DNA from: Ascidiella aspersa | Taxonomy: Eukaryota | NCBI GenBank assembly: GCA_963924565.1 | Contig: OZ004608.1 | Coordinates: 34,100,001-34,164,000 of the forward strand | DNA length: 64,000 nt | Reading direction: 5' to 3' | Shown: positions 12,900 through 25,310 of the stretch, piece after piece | Numbering within the stretch: position 1 is the stretch's first letter | Layout: every line of letters starts with the position of its first letter | Notes under the pieces: model-generated | Databases searched by the model: none | Told to the model about the DNA's origin: nothing | The model's input: the letters and a program-made list of their open reading frames with translations, nothing else | Translations under genes and position numbers: made by a program

Positions 12900-13379
12900 C
12901 AGTGTTTCTCATCCTATGGTAGCGAGATGTGGATTTGTAGAAAGTGTGGATTGTAGAAGTTTTCATCGTTAGATTTATGGATATCAGTTCTGAGAAACGA
13001 AATAAAACTATCAAAGCCCATACAGAAGTAGGTATCATTTTGAACGCTTCGAATAACAGATGCTGTTGAAAATGGAAAAAGAGTTAATCAAAACGTTCAA
13101 AATGATACCTACTGTATGGGCTTTGATATTTTTATTACGTCCTACTACAGCCTCCAACCATTATGCTCCAAAGTTCTGAGAAAGATTTTCTCAAACTTTG
13201 AGACTGTTGCGGAAACGATATGAAGACATGACTTATAGTTTAATTCGCACTGAGGATGATAATTTCTTGTTTTGTTCGCTAACAAGTAGTTTATAAAGAG
13301 AATCGGGTCGCGAAAGCATCGCTGTTTTTCCTACGTCATATAGTTTTAGGTCATGGCGAAAAAAGTTTGAAAAACACTG
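12900..13379 (-). mobile_element. hAT MITE (same family as 10744-11201) with a nested hairpin retroelement
   Basis: TIRs CAGTGTTTCTCA and TGAAAAACACTG. Perfect 8-bp TSD TTTTAAGG (12892-12899, 13380-13387), typical of hAT. Confidence 0.85.
12998..13171 (+). mobile_element. Penelope-like asymmetric hairpin element, family A, with a degenerate hammerhead (13066-13097)
   Basis: ~55-bp inverted arms, one-sided tail CTACTACAGCCTCCAACCATTATGCTCCAA, and perfect 12-bp TSD AGTTCTGAGAAA (12986-12997, 13172-13183). The centre reads TTGAAAAT-GGAAAAAGAGTTAATC-AAAACGTT. Confidence 0.78.
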
Positions 13380-13680
13380 TTTTAAGGAATGTAAGGCACC
13401 TCTAATTTCGAGTCGCGTTTAATTGCCACGCGGAAAATATTTCTTTTAAATCATTTTTCTTCCAGTATAGACGAAGCCAAAATTGATGTTTGTACAGTTT
13501 TGAAATAAAACTTTTTTCGGCGGTAAAAATTGTCACTGCCCAACCGAAAAAAATTCTTAGATCGCCCCTGCTACGAAAATTGTTTCGAAAAAACTACACC
13601 GATTGATTTAGATTTCTGTTACAAACAAATAAATAAAGTATATAAATTTTAATCGCACGGGTACTGTTTTTGCATTTGGG

Positions 13681-13802
13681 TACACTATGCACGGATCTGA
13701 TCATTACGAGCTTGTATCATCTTCAGTTAATGATTCACATCGATTTATCAAGATGATGTCGATCTACTCGACCTTTTTGGCTTTGCAATTCATTATCAAA
13801 CT
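13681..13802. mobile_element. Penelope-like hairpin element, family C (rearranged copy)
   Basis: Starts with the family tail TACACTATGCACGGATCTG. Contains an inverted hammerhead fragment (CTTGTATCATCTTCAG) and the 3' segment TTATCAAGATGATGTCGAT...TTGGCTTTGCAATTCATTATCAA shared with 41425-41603. Confidence 0.65.
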
Positions 13803-15567
13803 ACTCTTTTACAAATTAAAATTTTTTTTTCAAAAGGCATGGCAAGAAAAAAATATTCAGAAACACCGCTTAAAAGAACCGATTTTGAAACGCGTTAATG
13901 GCCCGCCATATATCTCTATGCTTTCAGCAGGCCGACTATTAGGGGCCGCAGTTTACTTTGAATTTCAAGTGTCAAGAGCCAACGGTTGCGACACGACAAA
14001 AGGTGGTGCGAAGAATTTGCGGCCGAGGTATAAAGTGGTAGCGAAAATTCTCCAGCCAAACCCAGACACTCAACCCGACAGTTCGTCATTTCAACAGCTT
14101 TATGCCAACAATAACTATACGGCGATGATGTCGCATCGCTTTAAGTCACCCTCCCCACCTCGGCTAAAGCCCCTCTGTCCGCGATAACAGACTCGTATCC
14201 AAACAACTCTGCTCTGACGTAAGGACTCGTGCCAACTGGTCCGTTTTCGGGGCCAATTTGGCAAGTTCAGGTCCCCTTTTACCGCTTTTGAACAGTTTAC
14301 TGTAAATATGTGCGCTTAAACGTTTCGTTTGTGAGCTGTTTCCCGGTTTAATTGTAACCGACTTCATAAAAATTTATTACAAATTGGGGAATTGATATAA
14401 AGTTAATATTGCAATCAATTAGAAGCTTTAGCAATGGGTTTTGTTGAATTGAAAGGCAGCAACCGGGTTTAAACGAATATAGCAAGTAAACAGGTCCAAA
14501 AACATATTTTTGAAGAACCGTATAAAATGTTCTTGCATGATTTAAAATAGGCACAAAACGGTGACTTAAAAACATCAAAATTGATGAACAAGTGTTAAAA
14601 TCCTTTAAGAATTCATTGGACTTCCATTAAAATGCCGGATGAACTCGCAAAGGAATTGATAATAGTCATTATACTAAGTTTAAAGATAAGTATAAACGAT
14701 CTCCACAATGGGGGACAGGGCTCTAAATTAAAATTAGCTCTGCTTTTAAAACCTTGCCAGGGGTACAAAATGTAGCCTTAAAACACTACAGCTGAAAACG
14801 GAACCAGTCCGCCATTGAATCTACCTCATAAACCATCATAACGGTGACAACTCATCGGGGAAAACGGCCTAAAAGAACCAAGAGTTGGCTACGAAATCCG
14901 GCTGGAAAACTGCGGTCTTGCCTCTCGCGTGTCTAGCTCGAATCGCTTCGTCGTTGACTTTGTCAACAAATGTCATCGCGGCTGACAGAGACGCGCGCTG
15001 CGGCCGTGAGAACACGAAACGTTCCTCTGTAGTTCGCACGATATCACCCCCTCCCCCCAATACCCCTCCCCCGGGGCAAGGCTTTAAACCTGTGACGCGA
15101 CTCGAACAAAGTCGACAAAAATCCGCCGCCTTTCGAGCGCTCAAAACGGATGAGAGGACTGTTGCGTCATCCGCCCTCGAGCCGGATTTCAAACACGGTT
15201 GGGGAGCGCTTGTGCAAGCAAAACGATGGACGACAATAAGCTCGACTCATTCCCGCCTACGCCCATGGCTTATTCTGCTTTCTTAGCGCGGTTCATTTCT
15301 CTCTGTTGAGAAAGACTACTGAAGAGCGTGTGTGGAATAAACTGTCGGGAAAACTAATAACGCTTGATTTTCTGTGCGATATGCCAGTCGACATCCTTAA
15401 GCTGAGAGCTTCATTGACTCAACTTTCGTGCGCTTAAAGTGGTTACGTCACTCTTATACACTTTCCCGCTTTCCAGTAGGAAAACTATTTCAGACAATCT
15501 TTTGAAAAGTCGATTTTTAATTCCAAAAAAGCACAATGTCTGGCAGTTTAGTCTCGCCTTTCTGTAA

Positions 15568-15746
15568 CCGTGGTTTCTTTACCCTTTTTCGTGGTAACCC
15601 AAATACTAAGCGTTTGTTTAACAGTGAAGCTTCAGCGACCCAATTCTCTTCACCAAACGTTTCGTAAGCTTAAAATTGAATGGGTGTACGATTCATGTTT
15701 TCGTATTGTGACCCATGGGTTGGAAATATTCTATAGAAACACTGTT
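15568..15746 (+). mobile_element. Degenerate hAT MITE of the GCGACCCA family
   Basis: GCGACCCA motifs, GACCCATGGGTT and terminal AGAAACACTG. Confidence 0.5.
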
Positions 15747-15765
15747 TGAGGAGGTCTTTTGGAAA

Positions 15766-15845
15766 ATCGAATTTCAACCAGAATCATCGAATTTTAACCA
15801 GAATTGTCGAATTTTAACCAGAATCATCGAATTTTAATCAGAATT
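15766..15845. repeat. 20-bp tandem repeat x4
   Basis: Unit ATCGAATTTTAACCAGAATC. Confidence 0.85.
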
Positions 15846-16594
15846 AACAATACATTGTCTGAACACTTATATACACTGCCAACGCGTTGTGTGAAAGTAA
15901 ATGTTAGCTTATTTAGATCAATAAACATTTACCGAATACTTAGTTCGTAGGCTACCCACGAAAATCTCTGAAAGGGGAAAACAAAGTCATAATAGTTCGT
16001 TTAAATTCAACTAACTATTAAAGCAACATACCATACCCTGCTGCCACACTTCATTCTATTACATACTTTTAACCTGCGTAAAACGTAAATACTAAATTTC
16101 ACGTTTTGCGTCCAACTTACGCAATTAAGCATGCAAGGACCCTACTAAATCAAATGGCCATATCACAAAACATACCGGGCACCTCAAAGGCTACAAAATG
16201 ATCAACTTTAAAACACAATAGTCCAGTATGCAGCCTTAAAGAGAATTTTCAATTATCGTCCCATTGGCTTTAAAAAATACCTGAAACATCTGCAACTACA
16301 ATTGAAGGAAGCATACTTTACTCTACCTTTAAACCAAAACCTCTGAAATTTAGCAGTAACGACGCATGCTAATTTTTCCGCTAGGTGTCTCAGAGCGTCG
16401 GGAGCAACTAGGCCCGACAAAGCAGAATTAGCACAACTAATATCACTATTGGAAAAAGAACTGCACCAGAGTCGGAAAATTAATAGAAAACTTTTCCCAT
16501 TCGTTTCAGAATTTTGACAAATGAAACTTACTGGAAGTTTTATCTTTTCGTTAAACCAACAAACAAACCCATTTTGTTCATATTGTTCGTACGT

Positions 16595-16975
16595 CTGATT
16601 TTCAAGAAAATTTGTTGGGTATTTTCCTAATTATTTCCAATTTTAAATCAGCCAGATATGCTTGGTATTTTTTCGATTAACGTTAGCAAGTAAACAACCT
16701 AATTAGTTAATATTGTTTCCGCGTATGATGTTTTTCAGAATCTCTTGGGTATTTTCCTAATCATGTTAAACTAAAGTAAATAAGCCAGTTATGCTTGGTA
16801 TTTTATCGTTTAACGTTAGAAAGTAAACAACTTAGTTAGTTAATATTGATTCTACCTCTGATTTTTATCAGAATTTCTTAGGTATTATCTTAATTTTGTC
16901 AAACTTAAGTAAATAAGCCAGTTATGTTCGATTTTTTTCCGTTCCGTGTTGGTAAGTAAACATCTTAATTTGTTG
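16595..16975. repeat. ~130-bp tandem repeat, about 3 units
   Basis: Recurring TGGGTATTTTCCTAAT...AGCCAG(A/T)TATGCTTGGTATTTT...AAGTAAACAAC. Confidence 0.7.
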
Positions 16976-17272
16976 AGAAACACAAAAATCGGCGCGACCC
17001 AATTTCTCCGGCGCGCAAATATTTGCCCTGGTCGGTCGTTTGGCGAAAGCAGAAATCCAGGCTCGCGCCGTTTGTTGAGCGAGTAAAATTAGACGTCTCG
17101 CTTGGTTGAACGCGCGCCGCAAACAAAATGTAGCAGCCCGGTTCGCGCGTCACAAGGGTTTGCAGGGGCATTGACCCTGAGGCATTAAATAGACAGTTCA
17201 TTCTTATTGGTTTGTTTGTTTGAATTCCATGTGTGCTAAATCTACACGGAAAAAATACACAAGTTGGGTGAG

Positions 17273-17540
17273 CTATGCAAGGATCTGTAATGTAGCTTGG
17301 TAAGGGTAAGACTGCAGCCCCGAATTGAACGTTGACACCTTATCAACACCGCTGTTCCTGTTTAACACCCGAAGGTGCTAATAATGCTCGAACTACAGGA
17401 ACTTGATAATGATAACAATTGCGTCCCAACTTTTATAAGTGATGCTTGAATTACTTCTCAGTCATATTAACTGAAAATGATATAAGCTCGTATCGAAACG
17501 TCTCGATCTATTCGACCTTTTTGGCTTTGCAATTCAATAT
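17273..17540 (+). mobile_element. Penelope-like element, family C, with a mutated hammerhead (17471-17502)
   Basis: Tail CTATGCAAGGATCTGTAATGTAGCTTG. Core CTGAAAA-T-GATAT-AAGCTC-GTATC-GAAACGTC (G8>A). Homologous to 41425-41603. Confidence 0.7.
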
Positions 17541-17784
17541 AAAAACACAAGTTATTGGTAATAATCGAGCACGGCAAGATAGCAATTAGGCGAGTATTTT
17601 GGTATTAATCTCTTAATGAAATCCAAATACTTTATGCTAGAGTTGTTTCATTTATTTAACCCTACAGGTAGTGTACTATCGAAAAGCTAAATCTAACTAT
17701 TTATAAAAAATCAATCTAAAAAATGTTTACTAAGTAAGCGTGAGAACAGAAAATAATTTGTTTTTGAAAAAATAAAACATTATC

Positions 17785-17946
17785 TTAATGGTGAAAATAA
17801 CGGCCCAAATAGACGTTAAAAGCTGATCACTGATGATGGCATTAGAAATTGCCAAAACGTTTGAAAATAAAGCATGTCGCTTTCAACGTCTATTTGGGCC
17901 GTTATTTTCACCATTAAACTGATGAACAGATCCGTATATAGTGTTC
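17785..17946 (+). mobile_element. Penelope-like asymmetric hairpin element, family D, with a hammerhead motif (17830-17861)
   Basis: Near-perfect ~37-bp inverted arms TAATGGTGAAAATAACGGCCCAAATAGACGTT / AACGTCTATTTGGGCCGTTATTTTCACCATTA. Central CTGATGA-T-GGCA-TTAGAAAT-TGCC-(A)AAACGTT. One-sided tail ending CAGATCCGTATATAGTGT. Perfect 12-bp TSD TAAAACATTATC (17773-17784, 17947-17958). Confidence 0.8.
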
Positions 17947-19392
17947 TAAAACATTATCGTTATGAGCGTAAATGAAACAGGAAAACAACGAAAAGGTTAC
18001 AGAAAAAACTAAATAAAAGTGAAACCGACAACGTTTTCGGCTCAAATATTTCCTTGACGTGATTTAAAAAACCCAAATGATTGGCGTAAGTGAATTTACC
18101 ACTCTCCCTGAACGAATTCCAACATGAGGCTAAATGTTTACCAAGAGGGGGAGGGGCAGGTAAAAAGGGGGTTGGGGCTTGTAGTTGTCGTCAGAGGTCA
18201 TTTACGCCGGCGCAGAGTGACTTGCTGTGCTCCATTAGCGATGCTTACTGGTGAAAGTGTTTGTGTCGCTTAAGAGTGACGCCCTAAGTCGTGTTGTTAC
18301 AGTCGCTGGAATAACACTGGGGCTATTTTTCTGCTCTCTTCGGGTCGTCAAAGTATTGTTGGAAGACTGCGACCTGTGGTCAGTTAGGACCGGGCCTATA
18401 GAAACCGGTTAAATTTAGTGCGTTTCACGTTTGCCGTTTAGGGCAGGTCGTCAATCAATAGATTGTACAACATCACGCCACTGCTGCACGCAATAACAAA
18501 ACTTGGCCGACTTTTCTATAGAAAGCGTTGTTCATGGGTCAATATATTTCTATCAGTTAAAAAGATATACGTTATAACTTCAGAGGTAGGACAGGAAAAT
18601 GCCAACATATGTTTCCCATAAATAACAAACACTTTGTTGCTGTTTTCCTACTAAATACTTTACGATACTGATGCACAGAATAACTTACACAAATCACCAC
18701 CTTTTAAAATCACACTCAGTATCCACCCCTTCAATTTTCGAAGCTAGGAGGCTAAGGTAATAAATATTTCTATAACCTAATGATTTAAAGTTGTTTTTTA
18801 TTATCAATTACACCCGCGCAAGGGAAAAATAAAACGCATAGAAAAAGGTAATGGGGCAAAAGTAGACAAAATTGCTTACCGTTTTTAACAGCTGTCTAAA
18901 AAAAGAACTTTAAAACTTCATCTTTAAAGTTTATCCCTTTGTTAAGTTGTTTTGATTGATAACTCAACTATAATAAGTGTGCCTTGCTTAGGTAATTACT
19001 TACACTTTAAAACTATTTTTGTAGGCTATTTAGAATTGGATGGATATTGTCAGTTTGCAACTGTTTGCAAAAACGTTTGTTCGGTATATACGTGAGAACC
19101 AAGACGTAAAACCTGTGGCAATGATTATCGGGTTTAAGAGCTTAGTGGCGACACAGATTAGGCCGGTACGGGTATCAGATAAAACAGATAAAATAGATAA
19201 AAGGCTGAGAGGCGCGAACACAGACTTTCACTTGTCGAAATTCTGAGAAGGCGGCTAACAGGTTTTATCAGATCAGGGGTCATTGGTGAAGAATAGACAT
19301 CCTATTCTACCAGCAGGTTGCAAACGAACTACGAGCAATAATTTATCTCTAGCTGAAAACATTTTTTTATCAATTGGATAATATATAATATT

Positions 19393-19598
19393 TTGGCGCT
19401 GGTCTTGAATCCTATGACAGCGTTCAAACAATTATATTAAATCAAGGCACAATATTTAGGTTATCGGGTGCGGGTTAGCGTTTGGGTGTGGGTGGGTCAA
19501 GTATTATTATTTAATATGCTTAACACCCAAACCCAAAGGCTAACCCGAACCCTAACCCAAATAATGTGCGTTATGGTAGGATTCTAGACTAGCGCCAA
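19393..19598. mobile_element. Palindromic (foldback) MITE with telomere-like GGGTTA/TAACCC internal arms
   Basis: Termini TTGGCGCTGGTCTTGAATCCTA and TAGGATTCTAGACTAGCGCCAA. The inner arms GGGTTAGCGTTTGGGTGTGGG / CCCAAACCCAAAGGCTAACCC also pair. Confidence 0.7.
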
Positions 19599-19703
19599 TA
19601 TTTTTTAACCTTAATTAGTAATACATAATATACTTATAAACAATAATAATAATCAAACTTCAAAATTCCAGTGGGGGACGAGTTGCCCCCCTCACGCCAC
19701 ACT

Positions 19704-19979
19704 AAGGGTTCTCGGAGAGATTGTCAATTGTGCCGCGAAACTTTTTGTAATTTCACAAAAGAGAGTATTTGTATTACCAATAGGCACACACGCAAATCAT
19801 TAAAGACTTAAATACGCACCACCCATTACAAGTTAATCATATTGAGACATATACATTTAGTTTGTCGTATGTTAAGGGCGATTGTAAAATGACTCTATTG
19901 TTGTTCTTTTAAAAGTGTGCCGCGAAATTTTTAAGATATTTTTAGTGTGCCGCGAGCCAAAAAAGTTTGGGAACCACTG
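19704..19979. mobile_element. hAT-like MITE with TGTGCCGCG subterminal motifs
   Basis: Three TGTGCCGCG motifs and terminal TTTGGGAACCACTG. A related element lies at ~31877-32630. Confidence 0.55.
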
Positions 19980-22238
19980 AATTACAGGAACAACACGTGA
20001 TTACCCAATAGTGCACACTACAGAAATAATTTAAATCAAGAAAATAGTTTGTAAATGGTTCGATAACAGTAAATTGGAGATCGCAGAACGAATATCTACT
20101 TGATTAGGGGCATATAGGTGAAGAATAGACACCCCCCGTTCTACCAGCAGGTTGCAAGCAAACCGACTACAAGCAATCCTTTATCTCTAACTGGAAACGA
20201 AACACTAATTAAATTGCATTTCTTGCACGAAAGCGGCGTCCGACCACATAAGTGCGCGGACGGTTTGACGCAATAGCGGTCCACTACAGCCTTCCGCAAA
20301 GCGTTTTGCGCCGGATTATGACTACTCAAGAAGTGGATACACCCGATGAACTTGCTACGAACTAGCAGGTGACGCCCCTGAATGATAAGCGCCTGTCATT
20401 TTTCGGAGACTCGGTTCTTCTGGTGTGAGGCACGAATGAGTAGCTCTGTTGGCCACACCATTGCAAGTTTCGCTTTTGATGATGATGTTCACAGGCTGAG
20501 TTAAGGCAGGGCCAAATGGTCTACCGCATTGTCGTTTGACTAGTCTTGCTTTGTAATTCTCACGGTAGGCTATTACAACCGTCATATGCACCACATTTCA
20601 TTTGCATCTTGACAGCCACTTCGTCAATTTCCTCATTTCTTTAACTGTCATTTCGTTTTTTTAACCCCTTGCCCAGTTTACTAACAAGTGTAATGCTTGT
20701 GTCGTGGGTAGCTGGATTTGTACTTTTTTATCCAAAATCAGTGCTACTCTACATTTTTAACCACTTAGAGTTATTTTTCATACTAAAAAAATGTCAGTTG
20801 CAATTTTTCTACAGGTATTCTTACTCTTTATTTAATCATTTTTCCATCGTATAACGGCATTGAAAAAAATTTAAACCCGCTTTATTGATAGTAAATTTCC
20901 GCTGTTATTCTTACTTCTGACACATAAACATGGCTTATACGAAAAACACAAAGCTCTTGTTTTTAGCAAAGATAAGGCCCTTTTCAACCCTGCAGTTTAC
21001 TCGACCGCTTCGAAGGCAGCATTCCCTGTTTCATTTTCCCACAAAGCTGCCGAGTAAATAGAAAGTAACGCGTGTTTGCTAATCGCGCCAAACACCACAA
21101 CAAAATAGCTTTCGTGCCATTTTAGCGACGCTGAAGTAAACAAGGTAGAATTCGGTATGTGGGAATTGTGCCTAACTTTCTATGGATCCATGCTGTTGTA
21201 TTTTGAGGGTACTCTAGGTCCAGGGTGAAATCTCTGACAATTTCTTGAATGTGCTTTATTTCCCGTTCGCAAGGTACGAAAACGTAGTTTGAAAGGTTCT
21301 AGACTAGAGACTGCTATAAGGTGGCCGAGTTGGTTGTAAGGATAGAATCTACGACCAGCGGATTTTGCTTCAGCAGCATGCAAACTGGGCTGTAAAGCAC
21401 CAAACAACGCCGAAATATCACCGTGTGTCGCCTAAATATCACTGTTTTTGCGAATTACTAAGTTGCAACGTGAATCAGTCATTAAACGAAACGGCAAAAG
21501 TAAACGCTTGACGAAATGCTCGTTGCCTTTCGCTCGACAAGTTGGACCGGGGTCTGGTGGTTGCGTTGAGGTGTAGGTTGTATATGTCAGAGATCGTGAG
21601 AAAAAAGCCAATGCACAATCGCATGCAGAAGCAGAAAACTTGGAAAAAAGAGTCCAAACAATTTGGCTCAGGTGTTATAATCTGGCAACGGAGGCGCAAA
21701 AACTAAGTTAAAAAACATGCCCTTTCATAAAGGGCCAAATATTCTAACTGCCTAGGGAAAATCAAAGTAAATAAACAATTAAGGAGCGGCAAAAATATTA
21801 ATCGAAGATGGTGTAAACCTGTAATAAAAATATGCATAGCGCCTGCACCCCAACAGTCAGATAAACTTGCGGTCATGTGGTAAAAATAACTGTATAAAGC
21901 ACAGTTAGAAAAACGACCGTATTCAATTGAAGCAAAGAAATCAATTGGAAAAAGCAGATATAAGACAGAAGTCAGAGAATTTTGCCTAAATCGCGCGCCA
22001 ACGTTTGCCTTCGTTTGGGCAAGTTTCCACACAAAAGCGATCAGGGCTGTTCACTGACAGTTGCTTTAAACTTCTTTGCAAGTGTTGGAGCCGGAATATG
22101 GCAGGAAACGAGGGGACAGGTCGCGACAGTTTTGGCTTGACTCGCCAGTGAAAGGACAGAGAGCCTTTTACCTGGCGATATTGTGTATATGCTGCACCTT
22201 ACAGTTAGCAGGATCCTAAGATAGCCAGAGGAAAAATT

Positions 22239-22370
22239 TTAATGAATTAACTTGATTTAAGTGCACTTAAGTCACTGTTTTTTAATGAATTAACTTGATT
22301 TAAGTGCACTTAAATCACTGTTTTTTAATGAATTAACTTGATTTAAGTGCACTAAAGTCGCTGTTTTTAA
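22239..22370. repeat. ~43-bp tandem repeat x3 within a GACTTGA-family element
   Basis: Unit TTTTAATGAATTAACTTGATTTAAGTGCACTTAAGTCACTGTT. Confidence 0.85.
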
Positions 22371-22671
22371 ATGACTTATTTGACTTGCGTCTTTTTTAAA
22401 TTATTTGACTTGACTTCAAAATCACGTGACTTGAACTTTAGATGTTTTATAAATGACTTGACTATGGTAAGTCTTTGTGGCCTATGTCATTACACTGCAT
22501 TTTGGAAAATTTAGTATGTGGAGCTAAATGATCTGTAGTAATACATAAACTATTGCTACCAGCAGTGATATTATTTAAAGAATAGATTCTCATGGTAATT
22601 GTATTTAATTGGTAGAGAAGCTACCCTTTGATTCCTCTGTGATGGCTGACAAAGGTGCGGTTCCCTTATAC

Positions 22672-23004
22672 CAGTGCTTCTAAACCTTTTTTCGCGGCGA
22701 CCCAAATATTAAGCGTAAGTATGGCGACTGAGATTTGGCGACACAATTGTTTTTTCTTGTAAGCGAAATAAAAACTAGCTGCTTGTAAGCGAACAAAAAA
22801 TAGGCATTAGCATAAAGAATTTCGAATTTTAATAATTATTCTAAGACATTATTTGTATTGCCTCCTTAATTTTCTTAATTTTTCAAGTTTATTTCTCAGA
22901 ACCAATCTCAATTAGTATAAACATGTGACTACTGCGGTCGGCGACCCAACCAAATCAAACAGTGACGGAGTGTTGGGTCGCGACCCATAGGTTGAGAAGC
23001 ACTG
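22672..23004 (+). mobile_element. hAT MITE (GCGACCCA family), empty-site copy
   Basis: TIRs CAGTGCTTCT(A/C)AACC and GGTTGAGAAGCACTG. Degenerate 8-bp TSD CCTTATAC/CCCTATGC. Contains an uninterrupted TTTCTCAGAAC motif. Confidence 0.8.
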
Positions 23005-24343
23005 CCCTATGCAGAAGGTTTTTGCTACAATTCGGAATCATATCCGAATTCTCCTACTTGAAAATCGTAACGCTAAACTCTAGAAAAATGTTCTATGTAG
23101 CGACATGACGTGTGTCTATTGTGGTGGTTCGTAGAAATGCCTTCCGAATTTTTCCCACCCATTGATTGTGAAGCCTTTCTACATGAATGGAAAATGTGTC
23201 AGTCAAGTGCATAGCGTGTGTCCATTTGTAAGCCACAGGCCTATAATGTTTGCAAATGCGCAGTACTATCAGATTATAAAGTTAACGATTGCACACTAAG
23301 CGGTTTCGCAGCTGGCGCCTGGCAGGATTGTTGACAACGAACGTGTTCGCTTTGCGTCTAAAGGTTCGCTTTCACTTGACATTATTTGGCTGTTTCTGAT
23401 TATTTGCGCGGAATACTCAGTATCTCTTGTACACAGAAAACTATACCAAAACAATAAGAATCTGTGTAAAAAAAGTACTTTGCTTGGATTTTATTTATAG
23501 GGGACTTAATAACTGCGTTAGAAAAACGTTACGACATGTAACTGTGAAGAATATTTTAATTCTACTTTCAATGCGAAGAGCCCTAAAAGTTATATTATTT
23601 TTTATTACCTTATTCATCCACTACGAATTTCAAAAAAAAAGATAAATGTACATGATACGAGAGGGCATGTGGTAGGAGGCGGCGAAAAGTCAAAGAGTGG
23701 CCACTTGGTCAGCTGACACCACCGGCCAATTTAACTTGACCGCGCAACTGACCCCGGCTTATAGGTTACGGATAAGTGTCCCGCCGAACAAAAGCCCCTG
23801 TCAGGCAGCGGGGAATTTTATATTATACGACGAAAGAGCGAGCAAAATTTCCCAAGGGGCAATCAATAGCACAAAATAGCGTCATTTAGCTTCAACCAGG
23901 ATAGGCTTCACTACTTCAGGGGCTCATCCGGGATTTTGTTTAGGGTTCGGGGGATGAAAATAATTTGAAGTTTCGGGAAAGCATCGTAACTGTAAAAAAT
24001 ATTTATTTATTACCAATGGGAATAAATTGAGGGGATATTTTTGTCTATTTTAACTACGTAAATACACAATTCAAAAAAATCGCTTTTGACTATAAGTGCC
24101 GTGCGTCTCGTTGTCTTTTAGAAAATGCTACCAATATTTGCTCGATTCGTCTCATACAAAAAAGACAAGAATTCATGAATCAAAAACGAGCTTTAAAATC
24201 AGAAAACATATACACCAACGAGGATCTAACATACACTCGATACAACCTCATGTTTTATTTGAAAAATTTGCCAGAACTTGAGGCTACCGGAACGCACATT
24301 GGAGCTATAACGGTAAAAGTTGGGCAGAACTGGTTCAAAAAAA

Positions 24344-24692
24344 CGTGACGTAACACGTTATGTCAAAACCCTGCGTTATTTGTTACGTCAAAACGTGACG
24401 TCACATGTTAGTTCAAAATGTAACGTCATAAAGTTACGTGAAAATGTGACGTACAAAAAGTTACTAAGCGTGATGTCACACGTTATGTCAAAGCTTAACG
24501 TCATAAAGTTACGCAAAAATGTGACTTCACAAAGTTACTTCAAAACGTTACGTAACGTGTTGTGTCAAAACGTAACGTCATAAAGTAACGTCAAAAAATT
24601 ATGTCATAATGTGACGTCACAAAGTTACGTCAAAACAGGACGTCACACGTTTTGTCAAATGTACCATCACAAAGTTAGGTCAAAACGTGACG
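24344..24692. repeat. Degenerate minisatellite of ACGTCA/TGACGT/GTTACG units
   Basis: Repeated CAAAACGTGACGTCACAAAGTTACGT-like units over ~350 bp. Confidence 0.75.
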
Positions 24693-25177
24693 TTTTATTA
24701 AAAATACGGAAAAAAATCACTAACAGCGTACAAAACGCCTTTAAATAGTTCAACTTGCTCAGTGTTTAGTTTATGTTGTTTAAAACATAAATTTTACAGG
24801 CCATGAGACACACGGGGCCTTTGGGATAACCGGATTTCAACAAAACGGGAAAAGACATATTAGAAACACAATTTAGAATCCTTCTGCATTTACCTATTTA
24901 TAATAGACAAACGTTATCGTTTGTAAGGGGATCAGGGATAACTCTCCCCCCAACACACACCTGGGCCCCGACCCTTCTTTACGCGGGGAATTTTCCTGGG
25001 AATAGATTTAAAGCGTTGTCCTCATTCCATCGTACATCGTAGCGAATGTAGCTGGTCACGTGTAATTTTTTTTTGTATGTGTCAGTTTGTACCAGTTCCA
25101 AGATTGCCTTGTCGATTTGGGGGTTTAATCTGACGTTTTGCACCATTAGCCATGTCAGAACGCGAGTCATACTATAA

Positions 25178-25310
25178 AGCATAATGCTTAGAGGTTGCAG
25201 TAAGATACAGTAAGAATATCAAAGCCCATATAAGAGTAGGTAGAGCATTTTAAACGTTTCAAATAATTTCAAAAGGTTCCAAACGAACTTCTGAATGGGC
25301 TTTAATATAT
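25178..25310 (-). mobile_element. Penelope-like hairpin element, family A (diverged)
   Basis: Tail AGCATAATG..AGAGGTTGCAGTAAG, arm AAGAATATCAAAGCCCATA and its complement ATGGGCTTTAATAT. Followed by an (AT)n run. Confidence 0.65.

Noticed and set aside
13687-14187. 166-aa ORF
   Set aside because: It starts inside a family C repeat fragment, crosses low-complexity AT-rich DNA and has no recognisable domain.
16251-16271. NYRPIG peptide resembling the LINE RT NYRPISL motif
   Set aside because: Only 6 codons, with surrounding frames interrupted and no other RT motif found; insufficient for a call.
20230-20630. Minus-strand CGAYDGCN...HLCGR fragments reminiscent of a THAP domain
   Set aside because: The fragments are in broken frames and the spacing and key residues do not fit; cannot be supported without a profile search.
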